Origin: Polyangiales bacterium
GTDB lineage: Bacteria > Myxococcota_A > Polyangia > Polyangiales > Polyangiaceae
Length of the DNA: 64,000 nucleotides
Assembly: GCA_038231275.1 (NCBI GenBank)
Contig: JBBRLQ010000001.1
Location: 256,001 to 320,000 of the forward strand
Direction: 5' to 3'
Positions within the stretch are counted from its first letter, which is position 1, and each line of letters starts with the position of its first letter. This document shows, one piece after another, positions 55,973 through 64,000 of the stretch. A model generated the notes under the pieces. That model made no database searches. It worked only from the letters and a program-made list of their open reading frames with translations, and was not told the origin of the DNA. A program made the translations under genes and the position numbers.

Positions 55973-56224
55973 GTGTCGCGGAACGGGGACCCGACGGGAG
56001 CGGACGACGAGGCTTCCGACGACCTGCTCGACGCACTAGCCAAGGCGCCCGACGTCGGCCTGCCCGGCGATCCGCAGCGCATCGGCGGCGTCCGCATCAA
56101 AGGCCGGCTCGGCCAGGGCGGGATGGGCATCCTCTACCGCGCGGAGGACGAGTCGCTCAAACGGGCGAGCCGCCATGGTGCCAGCGGCGACGCACTGCAG
56201 GTGATGCCGCAGACGATGCGTTGA
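55973..56224 (+). pseudogene. Ser/Thr protein kinase N-terminal fragment
   Basis: RIGGVRIKGRLGQGGMGILYRAEDESLKR (subdomain I); similarity stops before the VAxK lysine. Confidence 0.75.
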
Positions 56225-56409
56225 CGCATGCTGAGGGGGGGCCGGGCGGGCGTGCCGGCGGAGTCGTTGGTGGCCTCGAAGCTGCAACCTCGGCGCGGCA
56301 GACGGCCGGACGAAGCGGAGTTCACCGCCGTCCGCACCTCGGGCGACAAGAAGGGAGCACCCCTGCCGGTGAGCCCCGCGCCGAGCTGCGCGCGGCCTGG
56401 CGGCCGCTG

Positions 56410-56859
56410 CTACTTCCGTGGCGACGACGACGATGTGTCGACCCCGGTCCCCGGCAGCGCAGCCAGCCTCGCGCGCGTCGTTCGGCTGTGGGGAGGCCTG
56501 GCCCCGCGCGCGCGGTGCACGCCGCGATCCAGGTCCGACGAGCCAATACCTACGACTCGCCGCTCCCTCCGCGCGTCGTCGCGGCGCGCTCGGCGCGACA
56601 CGTTGCGGGCGACGGCGTATGCCCACGCGCGGAGTGAGGCGTTCCACTGAAACGGGGGCAATCCGCTCCAAAGTCCCTCGGCGAACGCGGCGAATGCGTC
56701 GCTGGCGGTCGTCTCGTTGCGGTGCGTCGCGAGCAGAAAGCCGAAAATCTCGCCCCCAAGCGCACGCAGCGCGAGGGTCGCTGCGCCGTCGAAGTCGCCG
56801 CGCTCGCAGCGTGCGTGCACGTCGTCTTCCAGCGCCGCCCGTTGGGTCTCGTCCATCAT
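56410..56859 (-). pseudogene. ECF sigma-70 factor, 3'-truncated
   Basis: GDFDGAATLALRALGGEIFGFL...GLPPFQWNASLRAWAYAVARN (region 2); no region 4 recognisable before the stop. Confidence 0.65.
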
Positions 56860-56914
56860 CTCGAAGGGAGTTGCCGCTGCCGCCCGATGTGATGCTTTTC
56901 GGTCAAAAAAAACG

Positions 56915-58123
56915 TCAGCGGGCCAGCCACGCCTGAATCGCCGCGAGGTCCGAAGGCGCCAGCGGATGCCCGTAGGGCGGCATGTCGCGCTTCTCGACGA
57001 CGCGCGCCTTAACGTCACCCTTGTGTTTCTGCCACGCGGCGGGCGTCGACAGATCGATCCCCGCAGGGCCTCCCGGCAAGTGGCACGCGGAGCACGAGCG
57101 CGCGAAGACCGGTTGGACCTGCGCGGACCACGCGTCGTCGTGCCCGACGGTCGATGGCGTCGTCGGAGCGCCGGGCGCGCTCGGCGTGGTCGGCTGCGCT
57201 TGTCCCGCGTCACGTGCAATCCGCACGAGCGCGCCGCCGGCGACGATCCACACGTCGCCGCTCGTCGACGGAAAGAGGCGGCCGGCCGGCGGCAGCTTCG
57301 CCCCGGTCGTCGCGACGACGTGCCCGTCTTCGATGGCGCCCAGCTCCGGCCCCTCGGCGAACCAAACGCGCCCCTTCGACGCGACGAGCCCATGAATGGC
57401 CCCGAGCGTCGCGCGAAAGCGAAGCGTCAGCTCGCCCTTGTCGTTCTCCGCGTACACGGCGTCGGGGGTCGCGGCGTAGAGGCGCCCGCCGTCGTCGACC
57501 GCGGTGGCGATCGCGTCGCCGAGCGCGAAGCTCTTGGTCGCGAACGACGACGGGTCGACCCGTACGATCGCCCCGTTCGAGACACCGGCCCCCACGCCGC
57601 CACCCGCCGCGAGCGTCGTGATGGGCACGCCGCCGAGCCGCACGACCTTGCCGTCGCCGCCGGCCATGGCGATGCCGCCGTCGTACAGAAACGCAGCGCC
57701 GTGCGCGCCGAGGCTGGCGGCGCCGAGGACCCTCGATTTCTCCAGTCCCCAGCGCGCCGACACGTCCTCGAAGCCGGTGCGCGCGCGGAGGCGCCTCACG
57801 CGGCCCTTGTCGTCGAGCCCCACGATCCACGGCACGCCGCCGTCCGCAGCGGGGATCGTCGCGGCTCCGATCCACTTCGCCACCGATCGATCGACCAGGG
57901 ACACCGCGCCGGATTCCATCACCGTGGCCGCGCCATCCGAGAAGACGACGACGTCGCCCCCACGATCGGCGACCGCAGCGACGTGACCGACATCCGCATG
58001 CGTCGGGTTCCAGTCGACGGCGCGCGTGGCGAGACGCTGCACGCCGCCGTCACGCGAGTAGGGACCGGCGCCGCCGCACGCCGCGAGGAGGAGGGGCAGC
58101 GCGAACGAGAGCGTGGTTTTCAT
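56915..58123 (-). CDS. beta-propeller lipoprotein with C-terminal monoheme cytochrome c
   Basis: Lipobox LAAC; VQPVFARSCSACH (CxxCH), MPP distal Met, IQAWL; ATGA overlap with the upstream gene. Confidence 0.82.
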   Translation of the reverse strand: MKTTLSFALPLLLAACGGAGPYSRDGGVQRLATRAVDWNPTHADVGHVAAVADRGGDVVVFSDGAATVMESGAVSLVDRSVAKWIGAATIPAADGGVPWIVGLDDKGRVRRLRARTGFEDVSARWGLEKSRVLGAASLGAHGAAFLYDGGIAMAGGDGKVVRLGGVPITTLAAGGGVGAGVSNGAIVRVDPSSFATKSFALGDAIATAVDDGGRLYAATPDAVYAENDKGELTLRFRATLGAIHGLVASKGRVWFAEGPELGAIEDGHVVATTGAKLPPAGRLFPSTSGDVWIVAGGALVRIARDAGQAQPTTPSAPGAPTTPSTVGHDDAWSAQVQPVFARSCSACHLPGGPAGIDLSTPAAWQKHKGDVKARVVEKRDMPPYGHPLAPSDLAAIQAWLAR

Positions 58124-59460
58124 GCTTTGAGGAGCTCCGGGACGATCTCGCCGTCGCGCATGTACTTGCGAGGGTTGACGTGGAACGACGACAGGAACGT
58201 CGCGAGCAAATCCGGCGGCGCGATCGCGCGCTCGCCGTCGACGAATTTTTTCGACCTCGCCGGCAGGAGCTGCTCCGGATCGCTCTTGCCGAAGACGAGC
58301 CCGCCCTTGAAGCGCGGCGAGATGACGAGCGCCGAGTTGTTGGGATAGTGATCGCGCCCGCCCTGCATGTTGATCTGCGGCGTGCGGCAGAAGTCGCTGA
58401 CCATGATGAGGTGCGTGTGGTCGGCGAGCTTCTTCCCGGCGAGCGTCGGGTGCGGCACGCCGTCGAGCGACTTGAGGAGGATCGCGACGAGATCCATCGT
58501 CTCTTGGAGGAGCTGCGCGTGCGTGCGGTAGTTGGTGCCGTGCGTGTCGAAGCCGCCGAGCGAGAAGCTCACGCAGCGCACCACGTTGCGCGTCATCGCC
58601 TCGACGGCGAAGGCTGCGTTTACACTGTTTCCCCCGTGAAATCGGCCTTTGTAGTTGAACTGCGGGTGCGCCTTTCGGAGCGCGTCGGCGCTGAACGCGT
58701 CGGAGAGCTTGCTGCCCAGCATGCGGCGGAGCGACTCCATCTGGAGGCCGACGCCGCGGAGAACGTCGGGATACGCCGAGCGCGCCGCGAGATCGTTCGC
58801 CTCTTGCGAGAGCATCGCGGTCACCTCGTCGCGATCGGTGTCGGCGTCGTAAATCTGGGTACGCGCCAGGCTACGGCTCACGCTGCCGATTTGACCGACC
58901 GTGAGCGGCACCACACGCCGGTCGAGGCCGTCGCCGACGTACGCCGACGGAAACGCGACGCTCACGATCGGGAAGAGCTGTTCGCGCCCGAGCTCGTTGG
59001 CGACCATCGTGTCGATCGACGGCGCCGGCGAGCGACCGCCCACGAGGTGACGTCCGGTCGCCGAGAACGCGCTGCCGTCGGGGTGACTGACCGTATTCAT
59101 CGCGAGGCCGTTCACGACGGTGATGCGATCGGACACGTCGAGCAGGTCGCCGATGCCAGGCCCGAAGTGCGCGCCCGATTTCGCCTTCACCATCTCGAAC
59201 GTGCGCGTCCCGTCCTCCATCGGCGCATCCACCCAGTGGCGCACCTGCGACGGATCCGTGTTCTCGCTCGACGCGGGGTGGATGATCCCCTTCTTCTCGT
59301 TCCGCGGGTCGGCCCACAACGTCACGTCCCACCCGCCCGACGCGTGGATGAAGACGAAGAACTCGCCGGGCGGCGCGCCAGCCTTCGTCGATTCGTCGGC
59401 GAGGACACGCATCGGCATGCCCGCGAGGAGGAGCGCTTTCAAGAAGGTTCGGCGTTGCAT
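58120..59460 (-). CDS. DUF1501-family Tat-exported protein
   Basis: MQRRTFLK twin-arginine signal; GGWDVTLWADP, GGFDTH, SDFCRTP, GRDH. Confidence 0.85.
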   Translation of the reverse strand: MQRRTFLKALLLAGMPMRVLADESTKAGAPPGEFFVFIHASGGWDVTLWADPRNEKKGIIHPASSENTDPSQVRHWVDAPMEDGTRTFEMVKAKSGAHFGPGIGDLLDVSDRITVVNGLAMNTVSHPDGSAFSATGRHLVGGRSPAPSIDTMVANELGREQLFPIVSVAFPSAYVGDGLDRRVVPLTVGQIGSVSRSLARTQIYDADTDRDEVTAMLSQEANDLAARSAYPDVLRGVGLQMESLRRMLGSKLSDAFSADALRKAHPQFNYKGRFHGGNSVNAAFAVEAMTRNVVRCVSFSLGGFDTHGTNYRTHAQLLQETMDLVAILLKSLDGVPHPTLAGKKLADHTHLIMVSDFCRTPQINMQGGRDHYPNNSALVISPRFKGGLVFGKSDPEQLLPARSKKFVDGERAIAPPDLLATFLSSFHVNPRKYMRDGEIVPELLKA

Positions 59461-59471
59461 CGTAAGCTCCT

Positions 59472-60188
59472 CTAGTAGAGGTGAAACTCGGGGTGACGGA
59501 CGAGGCCGTAGCAAACGTTCGCCCACGCGACCTCGTCTGCAGAGAGGCGCGGCTTGCCCGGCGCGGCGGCGTGGCGTTTGTGGACGTCCTCGTAGAGCTT
59601 GAAGAAGCGCGCGGTGCGATCGGTGGGCGCGAGCTTGGCGGGGTACGCGAGAAAGGTGCGATGCAGCACGTCGAAGCGCGTCTCGAACGCGGCTTTGTCG
59701 AGCGTGGCACCCGAAGGCGGGATCTCGAAGGCAAAGACGACGCGCTCGTTCACCGGCGGTTTTGCCTTCAAATCGTGCTCGACCGCGCGATCGCACAAGG
59801 CGACGCCGAGGCGCTCGAAGGTGGCGACCATGAGGGCGTTGGTCTGTTGGCTTCGCGGCATGTCGATGCGGTAGTCGGGGAAGCCGAGCGATGCGAAGTA
59901 GTCGTCCCACGTGTCGAAGAGCTGCGCGCCGTCGGCCCCGCGCGCGCGCTTTTGCACCTCGAGCGGCGCGAGGCCGCCGAAGAGCGTGAGGTACGTACGC
60001 ATGTACGCCTCGGCGGGGACCATGCGCAGCTCCTCCTTCGGCGCGGAGTCTTGCGTCGTCGTCGAGGTCACCGTCAGCTTCGGGCCGACCTCGGGCGGCA
60101 CGATCTCTTTCGGCCCGCACGCGACCGCCACCGTCGCGACGGCCGCGAGCGACGCGAGAGCGAGCGCGGCGCGATGGGCGCGATTCAC
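59472..60188 (-). CDS. hypothetical lipoprotein of the DUF1501 operon
   Basis: Lipobox VAVAC; C-terminal AWANVCYGLVRHPEFHLY; GTGA overlap with the upstream stop. Confidence 0.75.
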   Translation of the reverse strand: MNRAHRAALALASLAAVATVAVACGPKEIVPPEVGPKLTVTSTTTQDSAPKEELRMVPAEAYMRTYLTLFGGLAPLEVQKRARGADGAQLFDTWDDYFASLGFPDYRIDMPRSQQTNALMVATFERLGVALCDRAVEHDLKAKPPVNERVVFAFEIPPSGATLDKAAFETRFDVLHRTFLAYPAKLAPTDRTARFFKLYEDVHKRHAAAPGKPRLSADEVAWANVCYGLVRHPEFHLY

Positions 60189-62122
60189 TTCGCACCTCCG
60201 CGCCACACCGACGAGTCGAGGTTGTTCGCGTGGCGGTACGCGTTGCTCTTCAAGATGGCGCGCACCAGCGGGCGCATGCGGTAGCCGTCTTTCTTGAACC
60301 CCGCGACGAGATCGCCGACGAGCGGTCCGTCGTCGGTGGTGAGCGTGCGTCCCAGGAACGAGCCGGCGACGCGCTGCACTGCGCACTCCGCGAACTCGGG
60401 CATCTGCACGATGTCGTGCCCCGCACCGGCCGGCGTCGCGTCGGCGTGGGCGGGCGAACCGTACGCGCTCCTCAAAGTGGCGCCCGCAGCGTCGGCGAAG
60501 GACACGTCGTAGAACGCGTCGCAGAAGCCTGGCAGCTTTCCGTTCGGGCCCTTCTTGCACTTCTCGTTCTTCACGGGGAAGAGCTGCTGCGGCAAGAAGA
60601 CGAGGTTCCCGGGCTCGATGCGCGAGAAGTACGCGGCGAGCGGCTCGAGTGTCGCGTGGCAGTTGGAGCATCCCGGCCGCACCATCAGGTTCGGCTCGGT
60701 CGACGGCATCAGCTCCGCGTTCTCGCTCGAGAACGACTTGCAGAGGAACGCGGTGTACAGCGTGGCCCCGCGCGCGCGCGCCGACGCGTACTTCTCCAGG
60801 AACATCGGCGTCGTCAGGAGCCCCGCGGCGTGCGGCCCTCGATCGGGCACCACTTTCCACGCGCGCACGTCGTGCGGGAAGAGCTCGGTCGGCACGTTCG
60901 CCGGCAAAAACAGCGGCTCCGTCTCCTGCACCATCCCGAAGTTGGCCTCGCCGCCGCAGCAGTTTCCCGGCTGAATCGCGCGGTAAAACTGCGCGAGCGG
61001 CCCGTTGATGACGCTGTAGCGCGCGGTCAGAACTTCTCGAAAATCACGGTCGGCGCCGAAGAGGTACGCGAGAAAATGCTCCGCCTCTTGTGACCACCAG
61101 AACGGGTACCACCGCTGCGCTTGCTGCCGCGCGCTGTCGATCGGCTGATCGAGCCCGAGCGGGATGTGGTTCGGAAAATAGAACGCGGCGCCGCCGGCCT
61201 GATCGCTCTCGTTCGGCAAGCAGTGCTCGAGGGCGACGCCGCACCCGCACTCGGTCGACGACTCGACGGCGAGCTTGCTCTGGCACGAGATGACCTCGTC
61301 CTTGTGTTGCTTGGCGTAGGCCGAATCGAGCGGGAGCGGACGCGTGCGCCCGTTCGGCATCGGCGCCCCCTTCGGCGGGGGCGTGCGGCCGGTGACGTAG
61401 ACATGCCCGGTCGTCATCGTCTGCGCCTCCTCGCGGCAGACGCGGATCTCCATCGTGGGCTTGCCGTCCGGGTCGTTCAGCAGCGACTCGACGGGCTGGT
61501 AGGTCGGATCGGGATCGTCCCACCCCATCTTGTAGCGACGCGTCGGTTGCGTGCTGAGGTAGTCGCGATAGAGCCACCACGGCTTCACCAGCACGGTGTG
61601 CTGCTCGAGCACCGCCTTCGACACCGGCTTCATCTCGGCCGGGTTCTTCGGCTGCATGCGCGCGGCGATCTCTACGCCGGTCTCTTCCTTCGTCAGGCAG
61701 AACTCGCCGTCGGTCTCTTCGCGCGTCCGTCGTTGGCGCGCGCGGAAGTAGACCCACACCGGCTTCTTGTCGTGGCCAAGGATCTGGTGGCGGTAGAGCG
61801 TCGTCGCGTCCGGCGCGAACTGCGTCGACGGGCTCGGCGCGAGGCGCAGCACGTCCATGTACACGCGCGACAGGCGATCGGTGTACGTGCCGCCCTCGAG
61901 GTGCCCCTCGATCCACGCGTCGAGCGAGAAACCGGGCTTCTCGAACGCGGCGACCTCGTCACGCGTGGGCATGCGGCCGAGCAGATCGATCGCGACGGCG
62001 CGAAAGTGCCGGTAGTCGTCGAGCGATGGGGCCGGCGCCGCGGCGTCCGCGCGCGAGGCGGGAACGAACGCGAGCGCAATGGGGAGCGCGAAGACGAATA
62101 AGAAGAGGCGGAGCGTTCGCAT
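60185..62122 (-). CDS. DUF1585/DUF1588-like (PSCyt-type) exported cytochrome c protein
   Basis: Signal peptide; RAVAIDLLGRMPT, HAAGLLTTP, R.RG...Y..FLC, CSNCH (CxxCH) LEP, C-terminal GYRMRPLVRAILKSNAY. Confidence 0.8.
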   Translation of the reverse strand: MRTLRLFLFVFALPIALAFVPASRADAAAPAPSLDDYRHFRAVAIDLLGRMPTRDEVAAFEKPGFSLDAWIEGHLEGGTYTDRLSRVYMDVLRLAPSPSTQFAPDATTLYRHQILGHDKKPVWVYFRARQRRTREETDGEFCLTKEETGVEIAARMQPKNPAEMKPVSKAVLEQHTVLVKPWWLYRDYLSTQPTRRYKMGWDDPDPTYQPVESLLNDPDGKPTMEIRVCREEAQTMTTGHVYVTGRTPPPKGAPMPNGRTRPLPLDSAYAKQHKDEVISCQSKLAVESSTECGCGVALEHCLPNESDQAGGAAFYFPNHIPLGLDQPIDSARQQAQRWYPFWWSQEAEHFLAYLFGADRDFREVLTARYSVINGPLAQFYRAIQPGNCCGGEANFGMVQETEPLFLPANVPTELFPHDVRAWKVVPDRGPHAAGLLTTPMFLEKYASARARGATLYTAFLCKSFSSENAELMPSTEPNLMVRPGCSNCHATLEPLAAYFSRIEPGNLVFLPQQLFPVKNEKCKKGPNGKLPGFCDAFYDVSFADAAGATLRSAYGSPAHADATPAGAGHDIVQMPEFAECAVQRVAGSFLGRTLTTDDGPLVGDLVAGFKKDGYRMRPLVRAILKSNAYRHANNLDSSVWRGGAK

Positions 62123-62288
62123 CGTGGTGGGATTCTCGTGGATGGACGGGGACCGGCTCAAACTCATTCGCTCGGACGAGCTTGAAATCGTACCGGTTTC
62201 GGTGATCGGAAGGATCACTCGACCGTGCACGCTTCGATCACACCGGGACAACCTTTCTCGTTGCGACGGCGCGCCCCCGTGCTAGCAA

Positions 62289-62308
62289 GTCACTCACGTC
62301 TGAGTGAC
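62289..62308. promoter_or_regulatory. 20-bp palindromic operator, copy 3 (GTCACTCA-CGTC-TGAGTGAC)
   Basis: Perfect 8-bp inverted repeat with a 4-bp spacer, 29 bp upstream of the GH15-like ATG. Confidence 0.7.
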
Positions 62309-62337
62309 GCTTCGCCGCCGAGGAGCCGAGAGCCGAG

Positions 62338-64000
62338 ATGTTCAGCCGCCGCTTGCTCGGCCCCGGGGTGATCGCCGCCGCCGTCTCCTTCTGCGCCGCG
62401 TTCTGCGCCGCGCGCGACGCAGGCGCCGCGACGCGTTCTTACAACCAGCTCACGACGGGCAACGGCCACGGCTTTTCGGTCTGGGACGCGCAGGCGAAGA
62501 AGCTGACGACGTTCCTCGAGCACCCGTACCGCTACGTCGGACCTGGCGCGAGCCCGCAAGGCGAAGGCATCAGCCGGCGCAACCTCGCCTACGATTTCTA
62601 TTTCGGCATCAAGGCGCCGGGCGGTCAGGGATGGCTCACCGCCGGCACCGCAGGCGAGCCGGAGTACGTCGATCAATCGAACATCGTCCACGCACCGATC
62701 ACGTATGCAGGTGTGACTGCGGACACGTACGTGCTCGCGCCGTTCGGGTACGAGGGCAACGCGACGATCGCGCTCCTCCACGCGCCGGGCGCGACCGACG
62801 GCTTCGCGCTCTTCAATTTCCACATGGGCGGCGCGCCGGGCGACCTGAACCCCGGCGCCAACAGCGAGTCGCTCCGCGCGTCCGGCGCGGACGCAATCGT
62901 GGAGACCGGCCCCGGCGGCGGCGCGATGGTGTACGTGGCGCTCGGCGGCGCCGATCACCGCGACTGCGCGACGCCCTACGCGAAGGTGAGCGGCGGGCAG
63001 GATCTCGGCGATCAGCCGGCGTGCACGGGCGACGACTCGGTCACCGCCTTCCAGAAGAAGCTCGGCGCCGACGGATGGCTCGGCGTCGCGATGCAGTTCG
63101 TGAGCGACGCGTCGCAAGCCGACGCCACCGCGCAAGCGCTGCGATCCTGGGCGAACGGCCGCGCGCCCGACGCGATCCTGAAGGACGCGCGCGCAGAGTT
63201 CGAAGGTTGGCGCAAGCCGCCGCCCGACGGTGCCGCGTGCAGCAGCGACGAGACGAAGGTGTGGCGCCAGAGCGAGGCCGTCCTCCGAATGGGACAAGTG
63301 CGCGAGCCGAACACGGGCACGCGCAAGAGCCACGGCATGATCGTCGCCGCGCTTCCGGTCGGGGAGTGGCACACCGGCTGGGTCCGCGACGGGCAGTACG
63401 CCACCGTCGCCCTCGCGCGAATGGGCCACGTCGCCGAAGCGAAGATGTCGCTCGACTTCTTCCTCAACGCCACGCCGGTCGCAAAGTACAAGTCGTACGT
63501 CTCGAACGTCGACTACCGCATCTCGGTGTGCCGCTACTTCGGCAGCGGCGAAGAAGAAGCGGACTACTCGGGTCAAGCGTCGCCCAACGTCGAGATGGAC
63601 GGTTGGGGCATGTTCATGTGGACGGCGCGCCAGTACGTCGAGGCGAGCGGCGACACGGCGTGGCTCGCCGCCGCGACCGGCCTCGGCCCCACGGCGTACC
63701 AGGCGATCCGCACCGGCGTCGCCGACGCGCTCGAAGCGAACCTCGAGGCCAGCGGCATCGTGAAGGCCGAGAGCGGCCCGTGGGAGGTCCACGATCAGAA
63801 CAAGAAACACTTCGCGTACACGACGCTCGCCGCCGCGCGCGGTTTTTGCGACATGGCAACGCTCGCGCAGAAATCCGGCGACGCCGCGAACGTCGCCAAA
63901 TACCAGGCGCTCGCCGCCAAAGTGAAGACCGGCCTCCTCGGGGCGATCACCGATCAAGACGGCGCGATCGGCGGCTCGGTCGAAGGGATCCGCGCGAACA
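62338..64000 (+). CDS. glycoside hydrolase family 15-like (glucoamylase/glucodextranase-type), runs off window end
   Basis: Manual translation from ATG 62338: signal peptide, GMIVAALP.GEW..GWVRDG, PNVEMDGWG, SGPWEVH, AYTTLAAARG. Not in the ORF track because it has no stop in the window. Confidence 0.8.
   Translation, partial: MFSRRLLGPGVIAAAVSFCAAFCAARDAGAATRSYNQLTTGNGHGFSVWDAQAKKLTTFLEHPYRYVGPGASPQGEGISRRNLAYDFYFGIKAPGGQGWLTAGTAGEPEYVDQSNIVHAPITYAGVTADTYVLAPFGYEGNATIALLHAPGATDGFALFNFHMGGAPGDLNPGANSESLRASGADAIVETGPGGGAMVYVALGGADHRDCATPYAKVSGGQDLGDQPACTGDDSVTAFQKKLGADGWLGVAMQFVSDASQADATAQALRSWANGRAPDAILKDARAEFEGWRKPPPDGAACSSDETKVWRQSEAVLRMGQVREPNTGTRKSHGMIVAALPVGEWHTGWVRDGQYATVALARMGHVAEAKMSLDFFLNATPVAKYKSYVSNVDYRISVCRYFGSGEEEADYSGQASPNVEMDGWGMFMWTARQYVEASGDTAWLAAATGLGPTAYQAIRTGVADALEANLEASGIVKAESGPWEVHDQNKKHFAYTTLAAARGFCDMATLAQKSGDAANVAKYQALAAKVKTGLLGAITDQDGAIGGSVEGIRAN

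Noticed and set aside
62182-62218. Short inverted repeats (GTGATC-N5-GATCAC; GAAACCGGTAC) upstream of the cytochrome operon
   Set aside because: Arms are short and occur once in the window, so they cannot be distinguished from chance.

Overview
GC-rich, gene-dense bacterial chromosome segment, most likely from a myxobacterium (Myxococcota, Polyangia-like). This assignment is inferred from a MYXO-CTERM-tailed collagen-like protein, many Cys-rich lipoproteins with DAG/PT linkers, and PEGA, Ser/Thr kinase and ECF sigma remnants. About 50 CDS or fragments are supported. I recognised no tRNA, rRNA, CRISPR array, transposase or phage structural genes. Housekeeping and metabolic genes: queE, a divergent fbp/fbaB pair, yjbQ, Leu dehydrogenase, cyclophilin, sppA, a GldAFG-like ABC operon, two S9 peptidases and an amidohydrolase. 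A dispersed set of exported alpha-glucan enzymes is also present (2x GH31, 2x GH13, a LamB-like porin, GH15). Highlights: (1) a translationally coupled three-gene cassette at 47463-49608 encoding an Apk/Tas1-type alarmone-synthetase toxin with an unrecognised N-terminus, a small immunity-like gene missed by the ORF track that carries one in-frame TAA, and an HD-domain alarmone hydrolase, preceded by a lipoprotein with a degenerate MACPF-like motif; (2) one 20-bp palindrome, GTMACKCA-N4-TGMGTKAC, found three times, each upstream of carbohydrate genes; (3) a tetraether-lipid-synthase (Tes)-like radical SAM enzyme; (4) an orphan double-glycine-leader precursor with a (GDTG)n acidic tail behind a sigma54-type promoter; (5) several clear operator arrays and a decayed signalling island. 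All family assignments are from motif recognition by eye; no database searches were run.
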